From NCBI GenBank assembly GCA_040766585.1, contig JAXGQE010000002.1:70090-134089 (forward strand): a DNA stretch of 64,000 bases, in the 5' to 3' direction. Below, one piece after another: positions 20,193 to 31,412 of this stretch (position 1 is its first letter; each line of letters starts with the position of its first letter). Made by a program: the position numbers and the translations under genes. The notes beneath the pieces are model-generated. The model had not been told where the DNA came from, did not search any database, and saw only the letters and a program-made list of their open reading frames with translations. Source of the DNA: Candidatus Sumerlaeota bacterium. Lineage in GTDB: Bacteria; Bacillota; SLNR01.

Positions 20193-20267
20193 TGGCTCCC
20201 CGAGTTGGATTCGAACCAACAACCACTCGGTTAACAGCCGAGTGCTCTACCATTGAGCTATCGAGGA
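20193..20267 (-). tRNA. tRNA-Asn (anticodon GUU)
   Basis: Reverse strand: UCCUCGAUAGCUCAAUGGUAGAGCACUCGG-CU-GUU-AA-CCGAG...GGUUCGAAUCCAACUCGGGGAGCCA. Confidence 0.85.
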
Positions 20268-20327
20268 CCGAAAATCAATGCAAAACATATTATACTGTAT
20301 GTCATTGGGAGAGTCAATAGGAGAAAA

Positions 20328-21404
20328 TCAATCCAGATAATCTTTCAGCTTCTTGCTCCGGCTGGGATGACGCAGTTTCCGCAGTGCCTTGGCTTCAATC
20401 TGCCGGATTCGCTCCCGGGTGACTCCAAACTCATGCCCCACTTCCTCCAGGGTGCGCGCTCGCCCGTCATCCAAGCCAAAACGCAGACGCAGGACCTTTT
20501 TCTCCCGGGCGGTAAGAGTCTCCAGCACATCCTCCAGTTGTTCCTTCAAAAGGGTGAAACTAGCGGCTTCGGCCGGGGCCTGGGCATCTTCATCTTCGAT
20601 GAAATCCCCCAGATGGCTGTCCTCTTCTTCCCCGATGGGAGTCTCCAAGGATACCGGCTCCTGGGCAATCTTCATGATTTCCCGAATCCGTTCCACCGGA
20701 ACCTCCATTTCTTCGGCGATTTCTTCCGGTGTGGGATCCCGGCCCAGTTCCTGCAGCAGCTGCCGGCTGACCCGGATCAGTTTGTTGATGGTCTCCACCA
20801 TATGCACCGGAATTCGGATGGTTCGGGCCTGGTCGGCAATGGCTCGGGTAATGGCCTGGCGAATCCACCAGGTGGCATAGGTGCTGAACTTGTATCCTTT
20901 GTGGTAATCAAATTTTTCCACGGCTTTGATCAAACCCATATTCCCTTCCTGGATCAGATCCAAAAAGAGCATTCCCCGACCCACGTATCGTTTGGCAATG
21001 CTGACCACCAGCCGCAGGTTGGCTTCCACCAGTTTGCGCTTGGCTTCTTCATCCCCGTTTTCCATTTTCTGAGCCAGATCCACTTCATCATCGGCTGTCA
21101 GCAAAGGGATCCTGCCGATTTCCTTCAAATACATCCGGACCGGATCATCGATGCTGATGCCATCGGGTACACTCAGGTCCAGTTCTTCCTCTTCTTCCTC
21201 TTCTTCCTCTTCCTCTTCGGCAGCGGCTTCCACAATGTCAATGCCCATTTCGGCCAGTGATTCATAGATGCCGTCAATCTGCTCGGGAGTCAGGGGAACC
21301 TCCTGCAGGGCATCCATGATCTCCGTATAGGTAAGAAGACCCTTCTTCTTGCCCAGGGCAATCAGTTCTTTCATGCTCTCCAGTGCCTCTAGTTTCTTGT
21401 CCAC
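20328..21404 (-). CDS. rpoD: RNA polymerase primary sigma factor SigA/RpoD
   Basis: GTG start with RBS GGAGGAGG. Regions 2-4 conserved: [54 protein letters not shown]. 13-residue poly-Glu in region 1.1. Confidence 0.95.
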   Translation of the reverse strand: MDKKLEALESMKELIALGKKKGLLTYTEIMDALQEVPLTPEQIDGIYESLAEMGIDIVEAAAEEEEEEEEEEEELDLSVPDGISIDDPVRMYLKEIGRIPLLTADDEVDLAQKMENGDEEAKRKLVEANLRLVVSIAKRYVGRGMLFLDLIQEGNMGLIKAVEKFDYHKGYKFSTYATWWIRQAITRAIADQARTIRIPVHMVETINKLIRVSRQLLQELGRDPTPEEIAEEMEVPVERIREIMKIAQEPVSLETPIGEEEDSHLGDFIEDEDAQAPAEAASFTLLKEQLEDVLETLTAREKKVLRLRFGLDDGRARTLEEVGHEFGVTRERIRQIEAKALRKLRHPSRSKKLKDYLD

Positions 21405-21457
21405 TACCCAAAACCTCCTCCGAAGATCCGGCTGCCGATTCCGAACCTTCCCTTTCT

Positions 21458-23278
21458 TCAGCTCTGTCCACCTTTTCCCCTGCGCAACAGCTTTTGATAC
21501 CGGGAAAGCAGCTCCTGCACCTGCTCCCCTTTCTCTTCTTTTTCCTTGATCTCGTCGGCCAGTCGCTGCAGTTCTTCTTTCTGCTGAAAGTCTTGTATTA
21601 CCTGTATATAGTCTTTCACAGCATTTTTCAGCTGGTGGACATCTTCTTCATCAATATACAGCCGGGCCGCTTCCGCATACATTTCCGGATCGTTCTCCTG
21701 GATAAAGTCCAGAAGGCGGCTCACGGTCACCCGACTGCCCCCGGCATCCAGGTCGTAGCAGGCCCGGGCAATCCGACGCATAGCGTCAGTGGAAAAAAGG
21801 TCCGGCTGCAAAGCTCCTTTTACTGTCATCCAGATCTCCGGATCTTCCGGAATCAACCGGAGAAGGGCTTGTTCCGCTTTTTCATGAGCCGGCAGCAGCT
21901 GCTTTTGGGCTGGAATCTTTCGCTCTCCAGGGCGAACCCCGGTAACCGTTCCCCCCGCAGACCCCCGCCGCACATAGCGCTGCACATCGGTGCGCAGAGA
22001 GTCTTCTCTCACTCCCAGTGTTCGAGCCAGGTTTCGAATGTACACATCCCTTTCACTGACGGAGCGGACGGTTCCCAAAACCGGAATGGCTTTGCGCAAG
22101 ATGTCTGCTTGCCCGTCTGCAGTATCTTTTCTTCCTTTTTCGAGAATATCCTGCAGTTGATACGCGGTAACCGACAAGGCCCGCTGAACAAACTGCAAAA
22201 ATGAGTCTCTGCCGCGACTTCGAATCAGGCTATCCGGATCTTCTCCATCCGGCAGCCGGGCAATACGCACCGAGCACCCGGCTTTTTCCAGCAGAGATGC
22301 TCCCCGCAGGGCGGCAGCCTGTCCGGCCGCATCCCCATCGTAACAGACCACAATATCTGAACCAAACTGAGACAGAATTTTTCCATGGCTTTCCGCCAGG
22401 GCGGTTCCCAATGTTGCTCCCACATGATGCACGCCTGCCTGGTAGACGCTGATGACATCCATATACCCTTCCACCAGTATCACCTGGTCATTTTCACGCA
22501 TGTCTTGTCTCGTCAGATGAATTCCATAGATATTTTTGCTTTTGTCAAATGCCGGAGTCTCCGGCGAATTCAGGTATTTGGGCAGGGAATCATCCAGAAC
22601 CCGTCCTCCGAATCCGGTAACTCGTCCCGCCATATCCAGTATGGGGAATATGACACGGTTGCGGAATCGATCATAATAGCCGGATCCATCCTGCCGGGGA
22701 ATCACCAGTCCGGCCGTAGCCAGATCTTCCTCCCCAATCCCTTTTCGGCGGAAATACTGGAGCAGCCCATCCCACTGGGGAGATGCCGCACCCAGCGAAA
22801 ACAGATCCCGGGTTTCCCGGGTAATGCCTCGCCGCTCCAGATACGCGGCGGCAGCACCGCCGTGCTGGGCATCCTTCAGCATGGCTGTGAAATATTTCAG
22901 TGCCAGCTGGTTGATCTCGTAGACCATTTCACGCTGCCGGTAACGGCTCTTTTCCTCATCGGACTGGATATCTTCCGGGAGAGCCACACCGCTGCGCTGA
23001 GCCAGAACCTTTAAAGCCTCCATAAATGCAACGCCCCGGCGCTTCATCAGATAGGTGAAGATGTCGCCGCCGGTACCGCAGCCGAAACAGTAAAATATCT
23101 GTTTGTCCGGAGAAACGGTGAAGGACGGAGTTTTTTCACTGTGGAAAGGACAAAGGCCCACATAGTTCCGGCCGGCTTTTTTCAAAACCACATCCTCCGA
23201 AATCAACGGAACGATATCTGTACGGCTCCGTACATCTTCAATAATGCTTTCCGAGACCGGGTTCGTCATTCCGCTCAC
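21458..23278 (-). CDS. dnaG: DNA primase DnaG
   Basis: Zinc-binding [13 protein letters not shown]...[16 protein letters not shown] ([17 protein letters not shown]...[10 protein letters not shown]), C-terminal DnaB-interaction domain. Confidence 0.95.
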   Translation of the reverse strand: MSGMTNPVSESIIEDVRSRTDIVPLISEDVVLKKAGRNYVGLCPFHSEKTPSFTVSPDKQIFYCFGCGTGGDIFTYLMKRRGVAFMEALKVLAQRSGVALPEDIQSDEEKSRYRQREMVYEINQLALKYFTAMLKDAQHGGAAAAYLERRGITRETRDLFSLGAASPQWDGLLQYFRRKGIGEEDLATAGLVIPRQDGSGYYDRFRNRVIFPILDMAGRVTGFGGRVLDDSLPKYLNSPETPAFDKSKNIYGIHLTRQDMRENDQVILVEGYMDVISVYQAGVHHVGATLGTALAESHGKILSQFGSDIVVCYDGDAAGQAAALRGASLLEKAGCSVRIARLPDGEDPDSLIRSRGRDSFLQFVQRALSVTAYQLQDILEKGRKDTADGQADILRKAIPVLGTVRSVSERDVYIRNLARTLGVREDSLRTDVQRYVRRGSAGGTVTGVRPGERKIPAQKQLLPAHEKAEQALLRLIPEDPEIWMTVKGALQPDLFSTDAMRRIARACYDLDAGGSRVTVSRLLDFIQENDPEMYAEAARLYIDEEDVHQLKNAVKDYIQVIQDFQQKEELQRLADEIKEKEEKGEQVQELLSRYQKLLRRGKGGQS

Positions 23279-23411
23279 CTGCAGTTCTGGCTGTCACTTC
23301 CCCAAATTCGATTCAATCGGCTGAATCCGCGTACCTTTATTGATTCGCGGTTCGTGTGGATTTTCCTTTTTTTAGTCCCCCATCATCCTGCGAACCTGCC
23401 GGGACCTCCAG

Positions 23412-23855
23412 TTACGAAATCATCCGATCCAGCATATCCTGAAGCACCGCGGAAAACCGTTCCCGATCGGCCGCCTTCATGGGGGCGGGTCCCCGGGTTC
23501 GTCCGCCGGCGCGGCGAATTTTGGATCCAATGTAGCGTTCAGTCAGCAGCCGGTCCATATCTTCACCCCGGTACTCGCGGCCGCGGCAGGATAAGGCTTT
23601 GGCTTTTTTCTGAAGACACAGGGCCGCCAGACCGTAATCCTGGGTAACCACCAGATCCCCCGTAACTACCCGGTTGACCAGAGCCAGATCCACCGCCTCC
23701 GGACCGCTGTCCACGGTAACTACCTGGGAAGGCTGGGGGAAATCGGTGATATGGGCAGTACTGACGATCCAAATCACCGGAATGTTTCGCGTCACGGCTT
23801 CCTGCCAGATCAGATCTTTCACGGGACAGGCATCGCTGTCCACCAGAATACGCAA
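23412..23855 (-). CDS. UPF0178/YaiI (YqxD)-family protein (DUF188)
   Basis: MRILVDSDACPVKDLIWQ... conserved N-terminus of YaiI/YqxD; same position upstream of dnaG as B. subtilis yqxD. Confidence 0.7.
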   Translation of the reverse strand: MRILVDSDACPVKDLIWQEAVTRNIPVIWIVSTAHITDFPQPSQVVTVDSGPEAVDLALVNRVVTGDLVVTQDYGLAALCLQKKAKALSCRGREYRGEDMDRLLTERYIGSKIRRAGGRTRGPAPMKAADRERFSAVLQDMLDRMIS

Positions 23856-23953
23856 CCCATCAGCCCCTTTACAAACATACCCAATGGATATTCGCGGAGA
23901 CCCGTCAATCTCCTGCCTGAATCAGACAATTTTTTCGCCGGATGTGGTGCAGC

Positions 23954-24901
23954 TCAGCGTACTTCGGGGAAAAGACGCTGCTCCCAGCGGCGGATCATCC
24001 AGTGCAGTTTGGGCAGCTCTTCGTTTATGCCCTCCCGGGTCCGGCCGCAGAAAATGATCAGCTGCCAGGTCAGCCAGTCCTTTTCCAGGAACTTTTCCCC
24101 CCGGTAATAGTAGCGCAGGTATTGTTCTGACAAAAAAGAACGTACCCGCCGAATCATTCGCTCAGGAAGGCTTTGGCCGGGTTGGGGAGAGGTGCTGCTG
24201 CCCAGAAGATACCATGTCCGGGCTACATCTGCCATGGGATCCCCCCGGTAGGCATCCAGCCAGTCGATGACCCGAGTTACATCACCAGGCACTATCAAAA
24301 TATTCTCCGGATGGAAATCACCGTGACACAAAAAATCCATCGAGTCTTTATCCTGCAAAAAGCGCTGGAGCTGCTCCCGACTCGCTTCCGACAGATAGGG
24401 ACAGTCTGCAATATCCGGTCCGAATTTTTCCACCGGACCGGGTAAGGAAGGGGCCTGAATGCGATGCATTTCCTTGTGCACAGCCGCCATTTTTTCTAGA
24501 ATCTGGCGAACCCTAAGCAGATTCTTCATCAGATAGGCGGTTCCCATTTCCCCTTGGATGTATTCCATTTCCAGACCCCGCCGCCCGTCCCATTCCCCTG
24601 CTCGGATAAACCGCGGCGCGTCAGGGTATACCTCAGAGATGATTTTTGCCCGGGAGATTTCATTTTGCACATGGGATGCACTGACCCAGTCATAGAACAA
24701 TTTGACCGCCGTACGGTCATCCGTGGCAAATACTTCGGCGGTTCGGCCCACTCCAATCTTTTCCATAGCCGCATCCTCCCTGCTGTTGGCAAAACCGACT
24801 CCCATCTCAATGAGAGCCATTGTCATTTTCATATCGTGGATTTTCTGTACAGAACATCCTCCTTCCTGCTTTGCCTTCTTTAAAAATTTGAGAGGATCCA
24901 C
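23954..24901 (-). CDS. Phosphotransferase-family (APH/choline-kinase-like) protein
   Basis: Brenner/catalytic motif FLCHGDFHPENILIV and ...IDWLDAYRGDPMADVA (DxD). Confidence 0.65.
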   Translation of the reverse strand: MDPLKFLKKAKQEGGCSVQKIHDMKMTMALIEMGVGFANSREDAAMEKIGVGRTAEVFATDDRTAVKLFYDWVSASHVQNEISRAKIISEVYPDAPRFIRAGEWDGRRGLEMEYIQGEMGTAYLMKNLLRVRQILEKMAAVHKEMHRIQAPSLPGPVEKFGPDIADCPYLSEASREQLQRFLQDKDSMDFLCHGDFHPENILIVPGDVTRVIDWLDAYRGDPMADVARTWYLLGSSTSPQPGQSLPERMIRRVRSFLSEQYLRYYYRGEKFLEKDWLTWQLIIFCGRTREGINEELPKLHWMIRRWEQRLFPEVR

Positions 24902-24978
24902 GGCTTGTCACCCCAAAAAAAACCTCCGGACGAAAAATTCAGCCGGAGGCAGATCACTTTGGTTTCTCATCACTATTT

Positions 24979-27621
24979 TTAGTGGTTAATGGCCGCATGG
25001 GCGGCAGCCAGGCGGGCAATGGGTACTCTAAACGGGGAACAGCTGACATAATCCAGGCCCACCAGATGGCAGAATTCCACCGAGTTGGGATCCCCGCCGT
25101 GCTCTCCGCAGATCCCCACCTTCAGCTCCGGCCGCTGTTTTCTTCCCAGGCTGACACCGGTTTCAACCAGCTTCCCAACGCCTTTGCGATCCAGCACCGC
25201 AAAGGGGTTGTTGTCCAGTATCTTATCATCCACATACCGGTGCAGGAATTTCCCTTCCGCATCATCCCGGCTGAACCCGAATGTGGTCTGGGTCAGGTCG
25301 TTGGTGCCAAAGGAGAAAAAGTCGGCATACCGGGCAATCTCGTCCGCCACCAGGCAGGCCCGGGGCAGTTCGATCATGGTTCCGATGGGGTAATCGCAGT
25401 GAATCCCGGTTTCTTCCTCGATTTCCTGGACGACATCCAGCACCATGTCCCGGTTGATCCGCAGCTCTTCTTCATGCCCGACCAGAGGAATCATGATTTC
25501 CGGCATGGGGTTACTGCCCTTTTTCAACAGCCGCACCGTGGCCTGCAAAATGGCTCGGATTTGCATCCGGTATACTTCCGGATAAATGATGCCCAGACGA
25601 CATCCCCGCAGTCCCAGCATGGGGTTGAATTCAGCCAGGGCCCGGGCCTTTCTCTGCAAAGCTTCCAGCTCCCGGATTTTCGCCGGGTTGCCATCCTGCA
25701 GTTTCAGTGTGGTAATTTCCACAGCCAGCTCTTCCAGATTGGGCAGAAATTCATGAAGAGGCGGATCCAAAAGACGGATGGTCACCGGCAGGCCGTCCAT
25801 GGCTGACAGGATCCCTTCAAAGTCTTCCTGCTGGAACGGCAGCAGTCTTCCCAGAGCTGCCCGTCGTTCTTCCACGGTTTCCGCCATAATCATTTCCTGC
25901 ACCACCGGCAGACGATCGGCTGCAAAGAACATATGCTCCGTACGGCACAGTCCGATGCCGGCTGCTCCCAGTTCCCGGGCTTTGCGGGCATCGTCCGGAG
26001 TATCGGCATTGGCTCGAACTCCCAGATTCCTCAGATCATCCGCCCACTGCAGAATTTCGATAAATTCCGGAGTCAGAACCGGATCAATCATGGGGGCTTC
26101 TCCCAGAGAAACCTGACCGGTGGTCCCGTCGATGGTGATGATATCCCCCACCCGTACTGTTTTTCCCCGGGCTGTGAATTCCTTGGCCGCCAGGGATATC
26201 TTCACTTCTTCACAACCGCTGATGCAGGGTTTTCCCATACCCCGGGCCACCACTGCCGCATGACTGGTCATACCGCCGCGGCTGGTCAGGATCCCCTGAG
26301 CGGCCACCATCCCGTGAATGTCGTCGGGGGTGGTTTCAGGACGCACCAGAATCACCTTCGTTCCATCCGCAGCCTGCTTTTCGGCCTGATCGGCATCGAA
26401 AACCACTTTCCCGGACGCTGCACCCGGAGATGCCGGAAGTCCTTTGGCCAGCACTTCCACATGAGCATCCGGATCGATCCGCCGGTGCATGATCTGATTG
26501 ATCTGGTCCGGCTCTACCCGCAGGATGGCTTCTTCTTTGCTCAAAATGCCTTCCGCCACAAAGTCATGGGCAATCTTTACGGCCGCATTGGCGGTTCTTT
26601 TTCCCGAACGGGTCTGCAAAATGAACAGTTTGCTGCGTTCGATGGTAAATTCAATATCCTGGACATCCTTGTAGTGTTCTTCCAGCTTGTGGCAGATCTT
26701 CTGAAACTCAGTATAAATCTCAGGCATATCCTCCTTCATATCCGCAATGGGGTGGGGTGTTCGAATTCCAGCCACCACATCTTCGCCCTGAGCATTGAGC
26801 AGATATTCACCATAGAGTTCATTGTTTCCATTGGACGGATTCCGGGTAAACGCCACACCGGTTCCGCAGTCATTCCCCATATTGCCAAACACCATGGACT
26901 GAATATTGACCCCGGTACCCAGATGGTCGGGGATTTTGTTGATCTTTCGGTAAGTGATGGCGCGCTGGTTGTTCCAGGATGAGAATACAGCTTCCACAGC
27001 CATAAACAACTGTTCTTTGGGATCCTGGGGGAACGGCCGTCCGACCCGTTCCTGCACCAGTTTCAAATATTCATCCGCGACATTTTTCAGGCTGTCAGCC
27101 GTCATTTCCATATCCAATGTGACGCCCTGCTTTTTCTTCCAGCTTTCCAGAATATCTTCAAACTCGTGATGTTCCATTCTCAAGACCACACCGCCGAACA
27201 TCTGGATAAAGCGGCGGTAGGAATCGTAAGCGAACCGTGGATTGTCCGTCAGGTGAGCCAACCCTTCCACAGTTTCTTTGGTAAGACCCAGATTCAAAAC
27301 AGTATCCATCATTCCCGGCATGGAAAAGACAGCGCCGGAGCGAACCGAAACCAGCAGGGGATTGTCCTTCCCGCCGAACACTTTTCCGGTCTCCTTTTCC
27401 AGATCCCGGATGTGGTCTGCGATACTGTCGGCCAGCCCTTCCGGAAACTGTTTTTTGTTGGAATAATATTCGTTGCACGCTTCAGTGGTGATGGTGAATC
27501 CCGGAGGCACCGGCAGCCCGATGGATGTCATCTCGGCTAACCCGGCTCCTTTGCCTCCCAGCAGTTCTTTCATTTTGGCATTGCCTTCAGAAAATTTGTA
27601 AATGTACTTTTTAGCGTCCAT
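24979..27621 (-). CDS. ppdK: Pyruvate, phosphate dikinase
   Basis: 880 aa. ATP-grasp N-terminus (MKELLGGKGAGLAEM), phospho-His domain (ILTSRGGMTSHAAVVARGMGKPC), PEP-utilizing C-terminus (GICGEHGGDP). Confidence 0.95.
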   Translation of the reverse strand: MDAKKYIYKFSEGNAKMKELLGGKGAGLAEMTSIGLPVPPGFTITTEACNEYYSNKKQFPEGLADSIADHIRDLEKETGKVFGGKDNPLLVSVRSGAVFSMPGMMDTVLNLGLTKETVEGLAHLTDNPRFAYDSYRRFIQMFGGVVLRMEHHEFEDILESWKKKQGVTLDMEMTADSLKNVADEYLKLVQERVGRPFPQDPKEQLFMAVEAVFSSWNNQRAITYRKINKIPDHLGTGVNIQSMVFGNMGNDCGTGVAFTRNPSNGNNELYGEYLLNAQGEDVVAGIRTPHPIADMKEDMPEIYTEFQKICHKLEEHYKDVQDIEFTIERSKLFILQTRSGKRTANAAVKIAHDFVAEGILSKEEAILRVEPDQINQIMHRRIDPDAHVEVLAKGLPASPGAASGKVVFDADQAEKQAADGTKVILVRPETTPDDIHGMVAAQGILTSRGGMTSHAAVVARGMGKPCISGCEEVKISLAAKEFTARGKTVRVGDIITIDGTTGQVSLGEAPMIDPVLTPEFIEILQWADDLRNLGVRANADTPDDARKARELGAAGIGLCRTEHMFFAADRLPVVQEMIMAETVEERRAALGRLLPFQQEDFEGILSAMDGLPVTIRLLDPPLHEFLPNLEELAVEITTLKLQDGNPAKIRELEALQRKARALAEFNPMLGLRGCRLGIIYPEVYRMQIRAILQATVRLLKKGSNPMPEIMIPLVGHEEELRINRDMVLDVVQEIEEETGIHCDYPIGTMIELPRACLVADEIARYADFFSFGTNDLTQTTFGFSRDDAEGKFLHRYVDDKILDNNPFAVLDRKGVGKLVETGVSLGRKQRPELKVGICGEHGGDPNSVEFCHLVGLDYVSCSPFRVPIARLAAAHAAINH

Positions 27622-28462
27622 ACATTTCCCTCCTACTGAATATGTCTAGAATTCTGCCTGCCGTCTCTTCCACCGCTTTGTTGGTCACATCGATGACCGG
27701 ACACCCGATCCGTTTCATGATTTTATCCGCATATTCCAGTTCGTTCAGAATCCGCTCCATCTCCGCATACTCGGCCCGCACGGTCAAACCCATGGATTTC
27801 AGGCGTTCCCGGCGAATGCCGTGAAGCTGATCAGGGCTGACCGTCAGCCCGATCACCCGGGTGTTTGGAATGTCGAAGAGTTCATCCGGCGGAGGCACTT
27901 CCGGTACCAGGGGCACATTGGCCACTTTCAGCCGCTTGTGGGCCAGGTACATGCTCAGTGGCGTTTTGGAGGTCCGAGACACGCCAATCAATACAATATC
28001 CGCGCGGAGAAGGCCTCGGGGGTCTTTTCCGTCGTCATACTTCACCGCAAATTCCACCGCTTCCACCTTGCGAAAATATTCATCGTCAATCTGTCGGACC
28101 AGTCCCGGTTCCAAACGGGGATTGGCCGCCATTTTCTCTGAAACGGCATCCAGCACTGGGCCCAGCACATCCACCGTCAGAACCCCCATTTCCCAGCCGG
28201 CTCGTTCAATGGCATCTCTCAGTTCCGGAAGCACCAGGGTGTAGACCACCAGGCTGTCTGTTTCCCGCGCCTTTCGGACAATATCCCGGATCTGATCCTC
28301 ACTGCTGATATATGGGACCCGCCGAATAATGAGCTTGCTGCCGTTGAACTGGCTGGCTGCTGCTCGAATGACAAATTCGGCTGTCTCCCCGATGGAATCC
28401 GACAGTGCAAATACCACCACTTCGGATTTTTTCGTGCTGCCTTGCCCTTTGGCTTCCGCCAT
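27611..28462 (-). CDS. Pyruvate, phosphate dikinase regulatory protein (PDRP, bifunctional kinase/pyrophosphorylase; YqfL, DUF299)
   Basis: Start MAEAKGQG with RBS GGAGGGAGG; P-loop GVSRTSKTPLSMYLA. Overlaps ppdK start by 11 nt. The in-frame 5' extension in the ORF track to 28645 lacks an RBS. Confidence 0.8.
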   Translation of the reverse strand: MAEAKGQGSTKKSEVVVFALSDSIGETAEFVIRAAASQFNGSKLIIRRVPYISSEDQIRDIVRKARETDSLVVYTLVLPELRDAIERAGWEMGVLTVDVLGPVLDAVSEKMAANPRLEPGLVRQIDDEYFRKVEAVEFAVKYDDGKDPRGLLRADIVLIGVSRTSKTPLSMYLAHKRLKVANVPLVPEVPPPDELFDIPNTRVIGLTVSPDQLHGIRRERLKSMGLTVRAEYAEMERILNELEYADKIMKRIGCPVIDVTNKAVEETAGRILDIFSRREMYGR

Positions 28463-28466
28463 GGAC

Positions 28467-29150
28467 TCATTCCTCCCTCCGACCTTCACCCATTTCCACA
28501 AACAGATGGGCCAGGGTCGTCTTGGTGATCCTTCCCACCACTTTCCATTTATTCTTCCCCACCGGCTCCCCGGTTTCCTCCTGCACAAGGGGTCGGACCA
28601 CCGGCAGTGCATCCACTTCATGCTGCACAATCCGCCGGGCGGCATCGTACACGGTATCGTCGGGGGTTACCATGACCACATTGGGCATCCGGGTCATGAT
28701 GACACTCACCGGCATCTGCTGCAAATCTCCACCGCCCATGGCTGCTTTTAGAAGATCTTTTCTGGAAACCACGCCTTCCAGGGCTCCATCTTCGCCCACC
28801 ACAAACAGCGTACCCACGTCTTCCAGAAACAAGCTGACGATGGCATTGTAGACGCTCAGGTTGTCCCGAATCACAAAAGGAATGGATTTGACCTGATCCA
28901 CTTTGGTCTGCCGAATCCGGGAACGGATCAGCAGGTCCGACTGCTGACCGGCATAAAAATACCCTACCCGCGGTTTGGCATCCAGGATGTGAGCCATAAT
29001 CAGCACTGCCAGATCCGAGCGCAGGGCAGCCCGGCTGACAGACAGCTGTTCGGCGATCTGCTCTCCGGTTACCGGCTCCTGGTCTTTCACAATGGCCACA
29101 ATTTGTCTCTGTCTGTCGGTCAGTTCGATGGTCATCACCGCCCGTCTCAA
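28467..29150 (-). CDS. ccpN: CcpN-like transcriptional regulator (HTH plus tandem CBS domains)
   Basis: N-terminal HTH LTDRQRQIVAIVKDQEPVTGEQIAEQLSVSRAALRSDLAVL, then two CBS domains. Immediately upstream of PDRP as in the B. subtilis ccpN-yqfL operon. Confidence 0.7.
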   Translation of the reverse strand: MRRAVMTIELTDRQRQIVAIVKDQEPVTGEQIAEQLSVSRAALRSDLAVLIMAHILDAKPRVGYFYAGQQSDLLIRSRIRQTKVDQVKSIPFVIRDNLSVYNAIVSLFLEDVGTLFVVGEDGALEGVVSRKDLLKAAMGGGDLQQMPVSVIMTRMPNVVMVTPDDTVYDAARRIVQHEVDALPVVRPLVQEETGEPVGKNKWKVVGRITKTTLAHLFVEMGEGRREE

Positions 29151-29228
29151 TATGGTATACTAATTAGAAAATGTACTGATAGAGCATATACTATTTTACC
29201 ATCGTTATTCCTTCTCTGTCCATTCCTA

Positions 29229-29262
29229 TTCCAAAAAAAATGCACTCCTGAGAGTGCATTTT
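29229..29262. terminator. Rho-independent terminator (bidirectional) after DUF4342/recO operon
   Basis: aaaaaaaaATGCACTCctgagAGTGCATtttgcat; on the minus strand the stem is followed by an 8-U tract. Confidence 0.6.
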
Positions 29263-29274
29263 GCATGGTCTGGA

Positions 29275-29688
29275 TTATTCATCTTTCGCTACAACGTCTT
29301 TGGGTGCTGCATCCGGACGAGGGCGTTCAATTTCCAGGGTGCAGCGTGTCAAAAGCGCCGCCAGAGCCCCCAGGGCTGCCAGCTGGGGCGCCAGAAGTAT
29401 TCCAGCCGCTCCAATGGTTACCGGCAGTTCCACCACGGTTCTTCCATCCTGCTTGACACGGATCTTGGTGACATTGCCTTCTTTGATCAGTTCCTTCACC
29501 GTATCGATAATTTCCCCACCTTTGACCTGAATGGTTTCCTTCCACTGGCTTTCTTTTTCTTCGTAATTGGCCAGGGCCTGTACCACATCCCCGTTGGCTT
29601 CCTCCAACAGTTTCCTGGCTTCCCGATACCCCAGTCCGGTTCTTTTTCGAATCTTGTCAATGCTCTCCAGTTCTGTCATGGTCATCAT
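29275..29688 (-). CDS. DUF4342-family protein (UBA-like N-terminus)
   Basis: MTELESIDKIRKRTGLGYREARKLLEEANGDVVQALANYEE... matches the DUF4342 N-terminal signature; hydrophobic C-terminus. Confidence 0.55.
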   Translation of the reverse strand: MMTMTELESIDKIRKRTGLGYREARKLLEEANGDVVQALANYEEKESQWKETIQVKGGEIIDTVKELIKEGNVTKIRVKQDGRTVVELPVTIGAAGILLAPQLAALGALAALLTRCTLEIERPRPDAAPKDVVAKDE

Positions 29689-30464
29689 TCTCCTTTGATT
29701 TCATTTTTACCCATCATCTGGACCGTTTCCATAAACGATCGGGAAGGAAGCGGGCGGTCGATATAATGGTTCAGCAATGCCCGCAGCAACCGCTCCAGAT
29801 CGTATTCCATCTCCTCGCTGCAGCGCAGCATGGACAACCGGGCCATATCAGTGGTGGCCAGACGCTTCAGCATCTCCACACTCCCCCGGGATATGAGCAG
29901 ACAGTCGTCCTTTTCCCCGCGACAGCTTTCACAAACCAGCCCTCCCTGACTGGGGCTGATGGTAACCCGGGCCGCATCTTTTTCCATCTCTTTTCCGCAT
30001 TGGACACAGCGGTTCAGTTCCGGCTGCAGTCCCTGCAGCATCAGCAGGCGAATCTCGAAAGCCCGGGCTGCCCGCCGAGGGTCGGTTCCCGCGTCCAGGA
30101 CATAGAAAGCTTGAAGAAGCAGAGTAAAAATGTCTTCCTGAACCTGACCGTCCTCCAGGGATTTATCCACCAGTTCAGCCATATATGAAGCGTAAGCGAT
30201 TTTGTCCAGATCCTCCCGGAGATCGCCGAAGGGCTCCAGAATCTCCACCGACGACAGGGTTTCCAGCCCTTTTCCGCCGAATAACTGAAAAATACCGAAT
30301 GTAAACACACCGGTACTACCGCTGAAACGGTTTCGCGGCCTTCGCGCTCCGCGAGCCACCGCTTGAATTTTCCCTCTTTCTCTCGAAAAAAGGGTCACCA
30401 CCCGATCCGCCTCCATAAACGCTCGTGAACGGATCACCAGTGCATGCACCCGATGTAGTTTCAT
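29685..30464 (-). CDS. recO: DNA repair protein RecO
   Basis: N-terminal OB fold MKLHRVHALVIRSRAFMEADRVVTLFSRERGKIQAVARGARRPRNRF; C-terminal CxxC...CxxC zinc motif (CVQCGK...CESCRG). Confidence 0.9.
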   Translation of the reverse strand: MKLHRVHALVIRSRAFMEADRVVTLFSRERGKIQAVARGARRPRNRFSGSTGVFTFGIFQLFGGKGLETLSSVEILEPFGDLREDLDKIAYASYMAELVDKSLEDGQVQEDIFTLLLQAFYVLDAGTDPRRAARAFEIRLLMLQGLQPELNRCVQCGKEMEKDAARVTISPSQGGLVCESCRGEKDDCLLISRGSVEMLKRLATTDMARLSMLRCSEEMEYDLERLLRALLNHYIDRPLPSRSFMETVQMMGKNEIKGE

Positions 30465-30479
30465 AGATCGTCACCTTTC

Positions 30480-31391
30480 TTATTCATACCCGAACTGGCG
30501 CAGAGCTCCATCCCGACGCCGCCAGTCCTTTTTCACCCGAACCCACAGATCCAGATAAACCCGTGACCCTAAAAGTGCTTCAATGTCTCGTCTGGCCTGC
30601 TGCCCTACTTGCTTCAAAAGACTGCCGCCGGCTCCCACGATGATCCCTTTTTGAGACTCCCGTTCCACATAGATGGCCGCCCGGATAAAGACCAGATCGT
30701 TGGGCCGCTCTGCCATCTCTTCTACTTCCACCGCCACCGAATGGGGAATTTCTTCTTCAGTAAGGTGTATGATCTTTTCCCGGATCAGTTCAGCTACAAT
30801 AAAGCGCTCCGGCTGATCCACCACCATGTCATCGGGATAGTACATGGGCCCGGCCGGAAGGAGCTGAACTATTTCCGCCAGAAAATCATCCATCCCGGCA
30901 CCTGTAACTGCTGACCCGCAGAATATGGCTTTAAACGGATACATGGCTTCAGCCTGTTTCCGGCGCTGTTCACAGACTGCAGCATCAACCCGGTCAGATT
31001 TATTCAGAAGCAGGATCACCGGTGTCTGGATCAGACGAAGCTGCTCCAGCACATACTCATCCCCCCGGCCTGCTTCTTCGGTCAGGTCCATCACCAGGAC
31101 CACCGCATCCACCTCATTCAGCGTCCTCAATGCGGTTTGGACCATGTATTCCCCCAGTTTGTGGCGGGGTTTGTGAATTCCGGGTGTATCGATAAATATT
31201 GCCTGCATGTCCGAACGAGTCAGGATGCAGCGGATCCGGTTTCGAGTCGTTTGCGGTTTGTCCGATACAATGAGAAATTTTTCCCCCAACAGATGATTCA
31301 ACAGGGTGGATTTCCCCACATTGGGACGACCCACCACGGTAATGAATCCGGATCGAAACGGAACCTCTTTCTTAGTTTCCTCTCTATTCAT
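30480..31391 (-). CDS. era: GTPase Era
   Basis: G1 GRPNVGKST, G3 DTPGIHKP, G4 NKSD, C-terminal KH domain. Confidence 0.95.
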   Translation of the reverse strand: MNREETKKEVPFRSGFITVVGRPNVGKSTLLNHLLGEKFLIVSDKPQTTRNRIRCILTRSDMQAIFIDTPGIHKPRHKLGEYMVQTALRTLNEVDAVVLVMDLTEEAGRGDEYVLEQLRLIQTPVILLLNKSDRVDAAVCEQRRKQAEAMYPFKAIFCGSAVTGAGMDDFLAEIVQLLPAGPMYYPDDMVVDQPERFIVAELIREKIIHLTEEEIPHSVAVEVEEMAERPNDLVFIRAAIYVERESQKGIIVGAGGSLLKQVGQQARRDIEALLGSRVYLDLWVRVKKDWRRRDGALRQFGYE

Positions 31392-31412
31392 AGCAACCTC
31401 CTGCCTGAAAGA

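Noticed and set aside
21175-21215. GAA/GAG trinucleotide repeat in rpoD (12x Glu)
   Set aside because: Acidic region 1.1 spacers are common in primary sigma factors. A length-variation hotspot but not a distinct feature.
20253-21260. 335-aa plus-strand ORF
   Set aside because: Antisense of rpoD; the poly-Phe/Leu stretch is the complement of the poly-Glu codons.
25933-26982. 349-aa plus-strand ORF inside ppdK (and 24982..25806)
   Set aside because: Antisense of pyruvate phosphate dikinase.
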